Positions 19,789 to 30,025 of a stretch of 64,000 nt of DNA are shown here, piece by piece. Made by a program: the position numbers and the translations under genes. How positions within the stretch are numbered: position 1 is the stretch's first letter; the number at the start of each line of letters is the position of its first letter. The stretch covers positions 32,001 through 96,000 of the forward strand of contig CACZYB010000002.1 of NCBI GenBank assembly GCA_902785275.1. Direction: 5' to 3'. Source of the stretch: an uncultured Pseudomonadota bacterium (lineage in GTDB: Bacteria > Pseudomonadota > Alphaproteobacteria > Rs-D84 > CACZYB01). The notes under the pieces were generated by a model. That model had not been told where the DNA came from. It saw only the letters and a program-made list of their open reading frames with translations, and ran no database searches.

Positions 19789-19998
19789 ATGAATCAAACA
19801 GAAATTTTAAAACTAACAGAATACCTAAGAAATAAATTTGAAAATCCAAATATAAATTTAAAATTAAGTAAGTCCGATTCTGAAATGGCAGAAGTTTATA
19901 TAAATTCTGAATTTATGGGAACACTTTATCGTGATGAAGATGAAGGTGAAGTTTCATACGATTTCAATATGTCGATAATTGATATAGATTTGAAATAA
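19789..19998 (+). CDS. DUF3126 family protein
   Basis: EI.KL..YLR.KF.N...AEVYI..EF.G.LYRDEDEGEVSYDFNMSI. Confidence 0.85.
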   Translation: MNQTEILKLTEYLRNKFENPNINLKLSKSDSEMAEVYINSEFMGTLYRDEDEGEVSYDFNMSIIDIDLK

Positions 19999-20002
19999 AA
20001 AA

Positions 20003-20091
20003 CGAGGTATTGACGACCCAACCTTTAAATCCTTGGCTGCTTTCTTCCGAACCTGACCAGTTTGGTTTTAAAAACTGTCCGTCAAACCTCG
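20003..20091 (-). ncRNA. ffs: Signal recognition particle RNA (4.5S)
   Basis: The minus strand contains GGTCAGGTTCGGAAGAAAGCAGCC (SRP domain IV) within a long hairpin closed by CGAGGT/ACCTCG. Confidence 0.9.
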
Positions 20092-20180
20092 AGCTAATTA
20101 TATAAAAAAATAATAAAAAATCAAGTCAAAGATTTTCTTTGTTTTTTTATGTTGATTATTGTATAATCAAATAAGAAATT

Positions 20181-20960
20181 ATGAAAGATTATATCATGTA
20201 TAAAGATTTACATTTCGAGTATATAAAAGGGTCAAAAAAATCAAATGTGAAGTTTGTTTTACTTCATGGTTGGGGACATTGTCTTGAAAATTTAAAACCT
20301 ATCGCAAACGAACTTACTGAATATGATTGTTATTTGGTTGATCTTCCTGGATTTGGAAAAACACCACAACCCGATTCGGTTCTTTCTGTTTCTAATTATA
20401 CTGATATTATTGCGTATTTTATAAAAACTCAATTTTCAAAGAATGATAAGGTTTATATCGTTGGTCATTCTTTCGGTGGAAGAATTGCTGTTTACATTGG
20501 TTCAAACTATCCTGATTTAATTTCCGGTATATTTATCTTGGCTGGTGCTGGACTTAAGAAACATAAGAAAATTTTAAGACAGCTTATTGTGACCGGTGCA
20601 CGTGGCCTTCGCACTGTATACAAGGTTATGGGAAAGAATGTTATGACATCCGCACTTTACAGAAAATATTACGAGAAATTTGCAAGTAGTGATTATAAAA
20701 ATGCAAAGCCTCTTATGCGTGAAATTTTGAAAAAAACTGTGATGGAAAATCTTGCCCCAATTGCAAGAAAGGTTTCTGTACCAACAGTTTTAATTTATGG
20801 TGAAAACGATAATGTGACACCTGTTTATTTTGGAAAAAAATATAATAAATTAATTAAGGATTCAAAACTTTATGTTTTACCAACCTTTGATCACAACAGT
20901 GTTCTAACAGCTGGTAAATATCAGGTTTCATCCATAATTTTAAATAACATAAAGGATTAA
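20181..20960 (+). CDS. Alpha/beta fold hydrolase
   Basis: LLHGWG, DLPGFG, nucleophile motif GHSFGG, GEND, distal His. Confidence 0.9.
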   Translation: MKDYIMYKDLHFEYIKGSKKSNVKFVLLHGWGHCLENLKPIANELTEYDCYLVDLPGFGKTPQPDSVLSVSNYTDIIAYFIKTQFSKNDKVYIVGHSFGGRIAVYIGSNYPDLISGIFILAGAGLKKHKKILRQLIVTGARGLRTVYKVMGKNVMTSALYRKYYEKFASSDYKNAKPLMREILKKTVMENLAPIARKVSVPTVLIYGENDNVTPVYFGKKYNKLIKDSKLYVLPTFDHNSVLTAGKYQVSSIILNNIKD

Positions 20961-20962
20961 AA

Positions 20963-22552
20963 ATGTTTATAACTTTGATTTTCTTGGCAACTATTTTCTT
21001 TGTATATAAAAGGACTTTATTTTACAGTCTTTTTTTTCAACAAGAACGTTACGAAACAAAATCTTTTTTAAGGTTTATATTTAAAAAATTTCAACTTATA
21101 GATAAAAGATTATCTGTAATTTTATTTTTCTATACAATATTTGCGACAGGTACAAAAATATATAATCTAGATATGAGTATTATTTCGGGATTGTTTTGTA
21201 TTTTTGCTTTGTTAACACCAAACCCACGTTCCGGTTTCGCAAAGAAAAAACTTGATATTACAAAAAGATTGAAAAGAATATTAGAAGTTTCTTTCGCTCT
21301 TGATGCAACTTTTTTGATTGCAATTTTGTTTTATATCCACAAACTTAATGTAAAAAATATTTACTGTTTCTGTGAAGTTATGGGATATATGATTTTGTTT
21401 GTACAAAGTCTTCCATTTATGTTGATTGTATCAAATTTGATTCTTTCACCAATAGAAATTTTTGTAAAAAAGCATTATGTATCAGATGCAAAATCAATCA
21501 TTAATAAATATAAGCCAATAGTTATTGGTATTACTGGTTCATTCGGTAAAACAAGTACAAAAAATATTTTGAATCATATCTTGTCATCCGTTGCATCATC
21601 AATGACTACTGCAAGAAGTATAAATACTTTAATGGGTATAACACAGGTAATTCGTGAAGAATTAAAACCATCATACAAATATTTTATTGTTGAGGTTGGT
21701 ACTTCGAAAAAGGGAAGAATAAGAAAAATTTGCAACCTTATTAAACCACAATATGGTATTTTAACAGCGATTGGTTCTGCTCATTTCGAAAGCTTTAAAT
21801 CAAAGGATGCAATCGCACGTGAAAAATTTGATTTGATAAAATCTGTTGTTGCAAACGATGGTTCTTATATTATAAATCCATTTTTGGTAGATGAAAAATA
21901 TATCAAAAAATTCCATGCGGACAAAACTGATTTTTCAACATCCGATGTTACCGTTACATCAAAGGGTATAAGTTTCACACTTAAATACAATAAACAAAAG
22001 TACGATATTTCAGCCCCTATATTTGGTACACATCAGGCGCAAAATATTTCCCTTACATTTATTATGGCACTAAAGCTTGGTATCCCTGCTGATACTATAA
22101 TTGCAGCCCTTAAAACCCTTCCTCAAACAGAACATAGATTAGAGGTAAAAGATCAGGGTGGTATGATAGTAATTGACGATGCGTTTAATTCAAACGTTGA
22201 AGGTTTCAAATCTGCACTTTCCACACTTCACATTATTGCAAAGGAAAAGAAGGGCCGTGCAATTTTGATTACCCCAGGTATGGTAGAGCTTGGCCGCGAA
22301 CACGATTCTCAACACAAAGAAGTCGCAAACGTTGCCCTTGAAACTTGTGATATTGTGATTGCCGTTGTACCAGAAAGAATAAAGGCATTTGTCTCAAAGT
22401 TCACTGCGGAAAAATCTGTTAATCAAGAAATCATTCTTGTAAACACTCTTGCCGAAGCACGCCAGTGGCTTTCTGCAAATTCGAAAAAGAATGATGTCGT
22501 TCTTTACGAAAACGATCTTCCTGATGTATTTGAAGCAAAAATAAACATATAG
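20963..22552 (+). CDS. murF: MurF-like Mur ligase with an N-terminal multi-TM anchor
   Basis: GITGSFGKTSTK, IVEVG, HRLE, IDDAFNSN, TPGMVELG; hydrophobic first ~165 aa. Confidence 0.8.
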   Translation: MFITLIFLATIFFVYKRTLFYSLFFQQERYETKSFLRFIFKKFQLIDKRLSVILFFYTIFATGTKIYNLDMSIISGLFCIFALLTPNPRSGFAKKKLDITKRLKRILEVSFALDATFLIAILFYIHKLNVKNIYCFCEVMGYMILFVQSLPFMLIVSNLILSPIEIFVKKHYVSDAKSIINKYKPIVIGITGSFGKTSTKNILNHILSSVASSMTTARSINTLMGITQVIREELKPSYKYFIVEVGTSKKGRIRKICNLIKPQYGILTAIGSAHFESFKSKDAIAREKFDLIKSVVANDGSYIINPFLVDEKYIKKFHADKTDFSTSDVTVTSKGISFTLKYNKQKYDISAPIFGTHQAQNISLTFIMALKLGIPADTIIAALKTLPQTEHRLEVKDQGGMIVIDDAFNSNVEGFKSALSTLHIIAKEKKGRAILITPGMVELGREHDSQHKEVANVALETCDIVIAVVPERIKAFVSKFTAEKSVNQEIILVNTLAEARQWLSANSKKNDVVLYENDLPDVFEAKINI

Positions 22553-22621
22553 TTTTAAAAGCAAAAAAATATGTAAAAAAATACCCCGCCAATTTGACGG
22601 GGCTTTTTTGATATAAGATTT

Positions 22622-24220
22622 TTAAAGTAGGTTCAAAATCTTTTCACGACCGATACTTCTTATAAATCCAGCAAGCTTTGGACCCAAATCACGGTTTATA
22701 AGTATTTGGTAAAGCTTTTTGTAAATATCTGGTGTCAAACCAAATTCTGTTACCATATTGCCGATTTTGTTTTGAAGTTCTTTATCTGTCTGATAGCTAT
22801 CCCAATTTTGTGAAAGTTCATTACGTAAAGCACTAACAAACTTTGCTTCAACATCGGAAAGCTCAATATCAGTACGTTTTTCCTTGTTTATAATAAACTT
22901 GAAATCTTCTGGTGCATGATTTTTAATCCAAAATACAGCACGTTCCGCACGTTCATTGAATCTTCTTTCATCACGTTCGTTTTTGATTTCAGCTTCATAG
23001 TATTTTTTAGCCTTCCCAATATCGAAATCATTTATCTGCAATATGTTGCAAAGATGTCTAAAGCTTGGTTGGAATGGCATAACTTCTGGAATTTTTCCAT
23101 CAGCATTTAGTTGTGAAAGTTCGTAAATACGTTTTGCATTTGCACGTTTTTCATCTTTCACTTGCTCCAAACCATAAACGGTTCTTTCCATTCTATCAAA
23201 GTCTTCGTAATTCTTAAGCACATCCAAATCAAAAGCCAAATCAAAAGCAGCATTTGGTTTATAAGATGCAAAAATCCAACGAACCATTTCTGGCTCATAA
23301 ACATCAAGTATTTCTTTCAATGTGATAACATTACCCTTTGATGAAGAAATCTTTCCATTGAAACCTTTGATGCCAATATTATCATAAGCAGCATAAACCG
23401 GAGCATCCTTATTAAAAATTTCCTTTATGATAATAGATGCAGTATCTCTTGATCCACCAGCAGAGGAGTGATCACGTCCACCTGGTTCAAAATCAACCCC
23501 TTCATAAGACCAACGCATAGGCCAATCGATTCTCCAAGGAAGTTTAAGACGTTTTGAAGTTTTCAAATCTTCTTTACCCTCAAATCCACAAAGTTCACAC
23601 TTATAGGTAATAGTTTTTGTTTCTTTATCATAGTTTGTAATGGAAATTCTATCCCTGTTACAGTGTTGACAGTATGTAAGAAGAGGGGCCCAATCTTCAT
23701 CCAATTCACTTGTTCTAAATTGTTGAAGTATTTCGCCGACCTTGTCCTTATTATCCATAATGTGGATAATATTTTCATTATAATCACCAGCACGGTATTT
23801 TTTGTTTTGATAAATAAAATCAACATAGGTTATACCAACCCTTGGCAAATCACGTTCAAAAACCTTTTCATTATGTTCAGCATAGGAAGAGTATTCTTCG
23901 AATGGATCAGGCACATCAACAATAGGTTGGAATAAAAGCTCCTTTAATTCCTCTTGTTTAGGCATATTTGCAGGAACCTTTCTGAAAGTATCATAATCAT
24001 CCCAAGAATAGATGAAATGAACCTTCTTACCCCTTTGCATCAAAGCACGAGCAACCAAATCAACAGTGATAACTTCTCTGAAATTACCAAAGTGAACCAC
24101 ACCAGATGGAGTAATACCACTTGCAACAGTGTATGATTCCTTATCGCCTTTTTCTCTTATAACCTTTTCGGCGATTTGATCCGCCCAATGAAAAATTTGT
24201 TTTTGATTATTTTCTGACAT
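22622..24220 (-). CDS. lysS: Class I lysyl-tRNA synthetase (spirochete-type)
   Basis: HWAD, SGITPSGVVHFGNFRE, KLPWRIDWPMRW, FEPGGRDH, KISSSKGN. Confidence 0.95.
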   Translation of the reverse strand: MSENNQKQIFHWADQIAEKVIREKGDKESYTVASGITPSGVVHFGNFREVITVDLVARALMQRGKKVHFIYSWDDYDTFRKVPANMPKQEELKELLFQPIVDVPDPFEEYSSYAEHNEKVFERDLPRVGITYVDFIYQNKKYRAGDYNENIIHIMDNKDKVGEILQQFRTSELDEDWAPLLTYCQHCNRDRISITNYDKETKTITYKCELCGFEGKEDLKTSKRLKLPWRIDWPMRWSYEGVDFEPGGRDHSSAGGSRDTASIIIKEIFNKDAPVYAAYDNIGIKGFNGKISSSKGNVITLKEILDVYEPEMVRWIFASYKPNAAFDLAFDLDVLKNYEDFDRMERTVYGLEQVKDEKRANAKRIYELSQLNADGKIPEVMPFQPSFRHLCNILQINDFDIGKAKKYYEAEIKNERDERRFNERAERAVFWIKNHAPEDFKFIINKEKRTDIELSDVEAKFVSALRNELSQNWDSYQTDKELQNKIGNMVTEFGLTPDIYKKLYQILINRDLGPKLAGFIRSIGREKILNLL

Positions 24221-24374
24221 TTTTAAACCTCTAAATTAAACATAGGAATATGATACCCTAAATTCAGGCACAGTCAATAAAATTAAAGAAAAATCTACTA
24301 AATAATGTAAAAACGTTGACTTATTTTTTTTTTTGTTAAAATAGAAGCGTAGAAACAATAAAAAAGGAGTGAAA

Positions 24375-24704
24375 ATGGCAGAAGTTAAAAAGAAAAAATC
24401 AGAATTAAATTATGATGATGAAATGGCTTGGAAAGAAAGAGAAAAAGCAATAGAAGAAGAGGCTCGTATAACTCATAAAAAGGCATATACAAGGGATACC
24501 CAACGACTTAGCTTTGGTCGTTTTTACGGTGAGGGCAATGCTTATAAAAATGCAACAACAGAGGATAAGTATTCAGAAGTTGAAGATTATACAGAAAAAA
24601 GTGATAAATTTCTAAAAGCATCGGCTAAATTTCAAGAAATATTTGGTTATACTCCAGGAACAAGAATGCTTAAGGGAATGCCTAATCCAAATGAAAAAGA
24701 TTAA
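24375..24704 (+). CDS. Hypothetical charged protein
   Basis: AAGGAG RBS, its own promoter-like sequence, and a terminator at ~24705-24735. Confidence 0.65.
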   Translation: MAEVKKKKSELNYDDEMAWKEREKAIEEEARITHKKAYTRDTQRLSFGRFYGEGNAYKNATTEDKYSEVEDYTEKSDKFLKASAKFQEIFGYTPGTRMLKGMPNPNEKD

Positions 24705-24732
24705 AAAAATTCCCCTCAACAGAGGGGATTTT

Positions 24733-26205
24733 TTATTTTATCAAATTAAGCTGAGTATTATACAAATCAATATATTCCGCCGCCGATTTATCCCACGAAA
24801 AGTTTTGGTTCATCGCCTGCTTGATAATTCTATCCCAAATTTTCTTTTCATTTTTGTAAGTATTAAGGATGCGGTTGATACCATAAATGAAATCGTGAAC
24901 CGAGTAATTATCAAACAAGAACCCAGTCGCAGTATGATTTACAATAGTATTTTGGAAATTTGCATCAATGATGGAGTCAGCAAGACCACCAGTCCTTCTT
25001 GTGAATGGAACTGTACCATAACGCATCGCAAACATTTGTGTAAGTCCGCATGGTTCAAATCTTGCAGGGTTGATAAGAATATCACAACCAGCAATAAGCT
25101 GATGTGAAAAATCTTCATCAAAATCAACAATAGCAAATTGATCAGGATATTGTTTTGCAATATTTTTAAGTCTTGGTAAATAATTTCCCTGATCTGTACC
25201 CATAACAACAAGCTGAACATTATTCATAAGTATTGCAGGAATTGAATCAATCAAAATATCAATACCCTTTTGTTCAGCAAGTCGGCTTAAAATTCCGAAC
25301 AATGGAACCTTTGCATTTTTAAGTATGCCAAGTTTTGACTGCAAGTATTCCTTGTTTGCCTTTTTACCCTGAGCCACAGTATTCTGGTTATAGTTTTCCT
25401 TTATATTCTTATCGGTTTCCGGATTCCAGATGGAATAATCAACACCGTTCAAAATTCCGGTTAAAACTTCACGCCTTTTTACCAAAGTCCCCTGTAACCC
25501 ACAACCAAATTCATTTGTTTGTATTTCGGATGCATAAGTTGGACTTACGGTTGTAATCTTATCTGCGAATGAAATACCTCCCTTTAAGAAAGAAACCTGA
25601 CGGTAAAATTCCAATCCATCTTCGTTGAACATATAGTTTGGAATATCCAAATCTTCATATATAGAGAATGGGTAAACACCCTGGAATGCAAGGTTGTGTA
25701 TTGTAATCACAGATGAAGTTTTTATCTTTGGATTTTTACGTCTTAGTATTTCAAGGTAAATAGGAACCAAACCACACATCCAATCATTTGCATGTATAAC
25801 ATCTGGTGTCCAATCATCAATCTTGCCTTCTGCAAATTGTGCAGCCACCCATGAAAAACAAGCGTATCTTAAATAGTTATCTCCCCATGGATTTCCGCAA
25901 ACATCCGAGTATTGATTTCCGGCACGAAGGAAAAGTTCCGGCGCTTCAACCAAATAAAATTTTATTGGGTTTCCCTTAATTGTTCCCTTGTAAATATTTA
26001 TTTCTTTTGCTTTAAATTTATTTTCAAATTTATATACCGGAGTAAGTTCAGTAAATTGTTGAAGTATTGATGGAAACGCAGGCATAATATATCTTATGTC
26101 GATACCCGCTTTTTTAAGAGCACGTGGCAACCATGCACATACATCGCCAAGACCACCAGTTTTATTGTATGGAAATAATTCTGATGTAACAAAAAGTGTT
26201 TTCAT
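24733..26205 (-). CDS. glgA: Glycogen/starch synthase (GT5)
   Basis: KTGGLGDV, HANDW, TIHNLAFQG, TVSPTYA, RFEPCGLTQM, TGGLAD. Confidence 0.93.
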   Translation of the reverse strand: MKTLFVTSELFPYNKTGGLGDVCAWLPRALKKAGIDIRYIMPAFPSILQQFTELTPVYKFENKFKAKEINIYKGTIKGNPIKFYLVEAPELFLRAGNQYSDVCGNPWGDNYLRYACFSWVAAQFAEGKIDDWTPDVIHANDWMCGLVPIYLEILRRKNPKIKTSSVITIHNLAFQGVYPFSIYEDLDIPNYMFNEDGLEFYRQVSFLKGGISFADKITTVSPTYASEIQTNEFGCGLQGTLVKRREVLTGILNGVDYSIWNPETDKNIKENYNQNTVAQGKKANKEYLQSKLGILKNAKVPLFGILSRLAEQKGIDILIDSIPAILMNNVQLVVMGTDQGNYLPRLKNIAKQYPDQFAIVDFDEDFSHQLIAGCDILINPARFEPCGLTQMFAMRYGTVPFTRRTGGLADSIIDANFQNTIVNHTATGFLFDNYSVHDFIYGINRILNTYKNEKKIWDRIIKQAMNQNFSWDKSAAEYIDLYNTQLNLIK

Positions 26206-26228
26206 TTTCTCTCTCCCCTCAAATTATT

Positions 26229-27380
26229 CTACTTTAACCCAAGCATATATTTATAAATGTTTACAATTTTTTGTGGAATTGTATTTTTTGCAAAATTAAG
26301 TCTTACATTAGTAGAAAGCTTTTGCGAAATTTCCGCACGTTCTTCCTCTGTAATTTTAAGTGACCAAACAATCGCATCAATAAGCTCATTTATATTCTTT
26401 GGATCAAAAGTTTTGCATGTTGTATCGTTAAGAACATACTCTGGTGTTGAACCAACATTTGATGCAATAATTGGACGACCCAAACTTTCCGCCTCAAGCA
26501 TTGTTACCATTGATGCCTTTGGTTCAATATTTGTTGCAACATAAACATCGCTAAGCATTAAAAGTGCAGGGATATCCGATGTTTCACCGGCAATGTGAAT
26601 CATATCTTCAACCCCAAGCTTTACAGCTAAATTTTCAAGTTCAGTTTTATATCTTTTGTGTTCTTTAAATGAACCAACAATCACACAACGAATTCTTTCT
26701 CTAATTTCCTTTGGAAGTTGAGCAACCGCATTGATAAGTAATGATTGACCGCGATCTTTTTGTAACTTTCCTACAGTTGTGATGATAAAATGATCTTCAG
26801 GAATTCTGAAATCCGAAGCAGTTGAAATGATTCGTTCTGCACTTACATTTCTTGAATTAAAAAGATCGGTATCAACCCATTGTGGAACAATTGCGATTTT
26901 ATCATTTGGAATCTTGTATGTAACCTGAACAAACGAAGCCATATATTCACTTGGAACAATAACAAGTTTACCCTTTGAAAGATAGTTTATACGCTTTTTT
27001 GTAAATGGCCAGAATGTCTTTTTATAAATCTTCAAAAATGAAGTTATGTATGGAATTTTTGTAAGCTTTGAAATTTTGAATCCATAGAACGAAGAATGAG
27101 GAGTAAATGTATGGATTAAATCAATACTGTTAAGCTTTGCAATTTCAGTAATTTTTTTAATATTTCTTCTTACAACAAAAAAGTCGTTGGAATTAACAGG
27201 TAAAAGGTAGTGGTTTATACCTTCTTTTTTAAGTTCCTTTACCATTTTTCCACCAGCAGAAATTACGGAAACTTCAAATCCATTATTCTTAAGGGCAATA
27301 GCAATATCAATAACATTTTTATCAACAAATCCACGTTCAAGCGAGGACGCAATCATAAGCACATTTTTATTTTCAGACAT
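26229..27380 (-). CDS. Glycosyltransferase family 4 (GT-B)
   Basis: GT4 layout; LEAESLGRPIIASNVG..PE. Confidence 0.85.
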   Translation of the reverse strand: MSENKNVLMIASSLERGFVDKNVIDIAIALKNNGFEVSVISAGGKMVKELKKEGINHYLLPVNSNDFFVVRRNIKKITEIAKLNSIDLIHTFTPHSSFYGFKISKLTKIPYITSFLKIYKKTFWPFTKKRINYLSKGKLVIVPSEYMASFVQVTYKIPNDKIAIVPQWVDTDLFNSRNVSAERIISTASDFRIPEDHFIITTVGKLQKDRGQSLLINAVAQLPKEIRERIRCVIVGSFKEHKRYKTELENLAVKLGVEDMIHIAGETSDIPALLMLSDVYVATNIEPKASMVTMLEAESLGRPIIASNVGSTPEYVLNDTTCKTFDPKNINELIDAIVWSLKITEEERAEISQKLSTNVRLNFAKNTIPQKIVNIYKYMLGLK

Positions 27381-27559
27381 TATTCAAAGATCCTTATTTT
27401 TTAATTGTATATATAATACTTTCTTATTCTTAAAAAGTCATCAAAAATTTAAAAAAAAATGTTTTTAAGAAGTAAATCTTAGAACTTTTAAAAATATAAT
27501 TGTTTTTTTTGAAACTATTTCCTAAAATAAGTATGATTTTGGACATAAAAGAACAGAAA

Positions 27560-28342
27560 ATGAAAAAAATATTTGTATCGTTTTTATTTTTTTTAAGTTT
27601 TGGGCAAAATGTTTTTGCCGGTGATTCTTTGTGCGAAAAAATAATTACCACATCAAATGAATTTTTGGGTAAGCCATATTCTCTTGGTCCACTTGGTGAG
27701 GGTAGGGGAATTGATACAGACCCACTTTACAGATTCGATAAGTTTGATTGTTTAACTTTTGTTGAAACTGTACTTGCAAAAACTTTTTCATCTGAAAATA
27801 ATTTTCCTGAAATTATGAATGATATAAGGTACAAAGATGGTTACGTTTCATTCGAAACACGAAATCATTTCCAAAATCCAGATTGGGTAAATAATAATGC
27901 AAAGTATGTTAAAAATATAAGTAATGAAATTTCAAAATTTATCTTAAACAAAGATGCCAAACAATCAGTTATAAATCTTGATAAAAAGTCGTGGTTTAAA
28001 AAAAATTATGATATTGATGTTGATGTAAAACCACAAACTGTTACACTTGATTATATCACACTTTCCGATTTCAAAAATAACATTGAAAAGTTCACATCAT
28101 TTGTTAATAAGCCATATATTTTTATGACTGTTATTTCCGATAAAACTTTACCACAAAAGGTTGGTACAGAAATTGATGTTTCACATACTGGTTTTTTGAT
28201 TAAAAAGAATGGTGTGCTTTATCTTCGTCATGCATCAAGTATTGCAGGTAAAGTTGTTGATAATAATTTTGAAAAGTATATCGAGAGGATGCAAAAAAAT
28301 CCCAAATACATGGGATTTTCTTTGATTGAAACTTGTAACTAA
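27560..28342 (+). CDS. DUF1460 / AmiA-like NlpC/P60 peptidoglycan amidase, secreted
   Basis: Signal peptide; FLGKPY, FDCLTFVETVLA, RNHF, VSHTG, LRHASS. Confidence 0.88.
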   Translation: MKKIFVSFLFFLSFGQNVFAGDSLCEKIITTSNEFLGKPYSLGPLGEGRGIDTDPLYRFDKFDCLTFVETVLAKTFSSENNFPEIMNDIRYKDGYVSFETRNHFQNPDWVNNNAKYVKNISNEISKFILNKDAKQSVINLDKKSWFKKNYDIDVDVKPQTVTLDYITLSDFKNNIEKFTSFVNKPYIFMTVISDKTLPQKVGTEIDVSHTGFLIKKNGVLYLRHASSIAGKVVDNNFEKYIERMQKNPKYMGFSLIETCN

Positions 28343-28350
28343 TTGGTTAT

Positions 28351-29835
28351 CTAAAATTTTAATGATAAACCAAATGTTAAACCAACACTTTTCCATTTTG
28401 AAACCAAAATTGCATCTGGATATTCGCCAACGCTTCCATCGGCAAAGTAAAGTGTAGTTTTTGCATTTTTGTTTTCAAGGTATTCATAGTTTGCACTTGC
28501 TGAAAGCATAAGGTTTTTATAAATATTGTATTTATAAGCAAAATCCATAGTATAACCCATACCTTGACCACCATCATCATTGAATGAAGGATCATGCATC
28601 CAATCGGTTCTGTTTGGCCAGTTACCCCAAACATGATACTTTGGTTTAAAGTATTCTATATAGAAGTTCAAATCTTCCTTATCTGAAATTTTTCTTTCAA
28701 AGTTAAGAGCGGCAAAAGGACCTGTCCATTCAACAAAATACATATGTGTAATACCTTCTTGAATCATAAGTGAAGACACACCACCAAATGCCATAAGCAA
28801 AGGTGTACCATCGTCACCAGCTTCTATACATACCTGATTTCCAGATTCTGCAGTATAACAGTAATCTTCTTGATAAATCTGGTCCCCAGCAGAAAGATTA
28901 ATTACACCAGAACCATCATCGTAAACTATTGCACCAGGGATGAACATATCTGCACTTGAAACAGTACCGGAAAGTTTGTTGCCATCTTCATCGGCATAAT
29001 ACATAACATCTTCCCAATATGATGCATCATTGTGGTCTGTAAGTTTTATACCAGAAGTACAAACATTATCATATGTTGAACCATCAATTGTAACTTCACC
29101 ACCATCATCTGCAAAAGTACAGAAATAATCAAGATAGAATGTTGAAGGTGTTGCGTGATCGAACATTGTAAAATCGGTCTTTCTCTTTTTATATCCGATA
29201 TATGGAGTTACATCCCAATTTCCGATTTTCCACAAATTTCTCATACCAAGGGCTATGGAAAATGTTGAAAGTTGAATATCACCACTTCCAAGGGAGATAA
29301 TGTGAGCTTCGTTGTAAATATCATCATCCGAAGTTCTTGTTGTTGTACCACTACCAGAGCCATAAGTTGCAGTAAATACATACTGACGATTTTTAATCAT
29401 AAAATCTTTTGTTGCTCTGAAAATTGTTTCTTTTGTATCAATTTCGTCCCAGTTAAGTATAGATCCTACATCACTTCTGAACATAAAGTGAGCACTATCT
29501 TTTCTATATAAAACATCAAGATCCCAACCCTTCACCGAGTGTTCTACGCTACTTTGATAAAAAGAAGTATAAGGTGTAACATTTTGTGCATATGTTGCAT
29601 CAACTTGATATTGCATATATGGATCATAGATAGGTTGTTGAACCATCTGAGGTACATTTTGTTGTACCTTTTTAACCTTTTCCTTTGGTTTTTTATCAGG
29701 AAAAGCCTTGTAATAATCTTCGTAAAATGAATCATAATATATAGGGGACCCCTCAGCTTTAACCTCGCTTGTCATAACAATCCCAGCACAAGCTAATACA
29801 AGCAAACTCCCTAATTTTCCTATATTTTTCTCCAT
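28351..29835 (-). CDS. Outer-membrane beta-barrel protein, omptin-like, with a large acidic insertion
   Basis: Signal peptide, S.LNW motif, GNWPNR, alternating strands and terminal Phe (GLSLKF). Confidence 0.55.
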   Translation of the reverse strand: MEKNIGKLGSLLVLACAGIVMTSEVKAEGSPIYYDSFYEDYYKAFPDKKPKEKVKKVQQNVPQMVQQPIYDPYMQYQVDATYAQNVTPYTSFYQSSVEHSVKGWDLDVLYRKDSAHFMFRSDVGSILNWDEIDTKETIFRATKDFMIKNRQYVFTATYGSGSGTTTRTSDDDIYNEAHIISLGSGDIQLSTFSIALGMRNLWKIGNWDVTPYIGYKKRKTDFTMFDHATPSTFYLDYFCTFADDGGEVTIDGSTYDNVCTSGIKLTDHNDASYWEDVMYYADEDGNKLSGTVSSADMFIPGAIVYDDGSGVINLSAGDQIYQEDYCYTAESGNQVCIEAGDDGTPLLMAFGGVSSLMIQEGITHMYFVEWTGPFAALNFERKISDKEDLNFYIEYFKPKYHVWGNWPNRTDWMHDPSFNDDGGQGMGYTMDFAYKYNIYKNLMLSASANYEYLENKNAKTTLYFADGSVGEYPDAILVSKWKSVGLTFGLSLKF

Positions 29836-29944
29836 AGTAACTCCTTAACTCAGCTTTATTATATCATAAAATAAAAAACCTTTCTACATATTTTTTTTAA
29901 TTTTTGTAAAAATTTGTCTTAAAAGTCAATTAAAAGAAATAAAG

Positions 29945-29973
29945 TTGACTTGTCTTTCTTTGTCTGTTATATT
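29945..29973 (+). promoter_or_regulatory. Sigma70 promoter of fabI
   Basis: TTGACT, 17 nt, TATATT, with TG at the extended -10 position. Confidence 0.65.
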
Positions 29974-30025
29974 AAGATAACTTTTTGAAATTTTAATAGC
30001 TATAAACAAAATGGAGGTTTATAAA

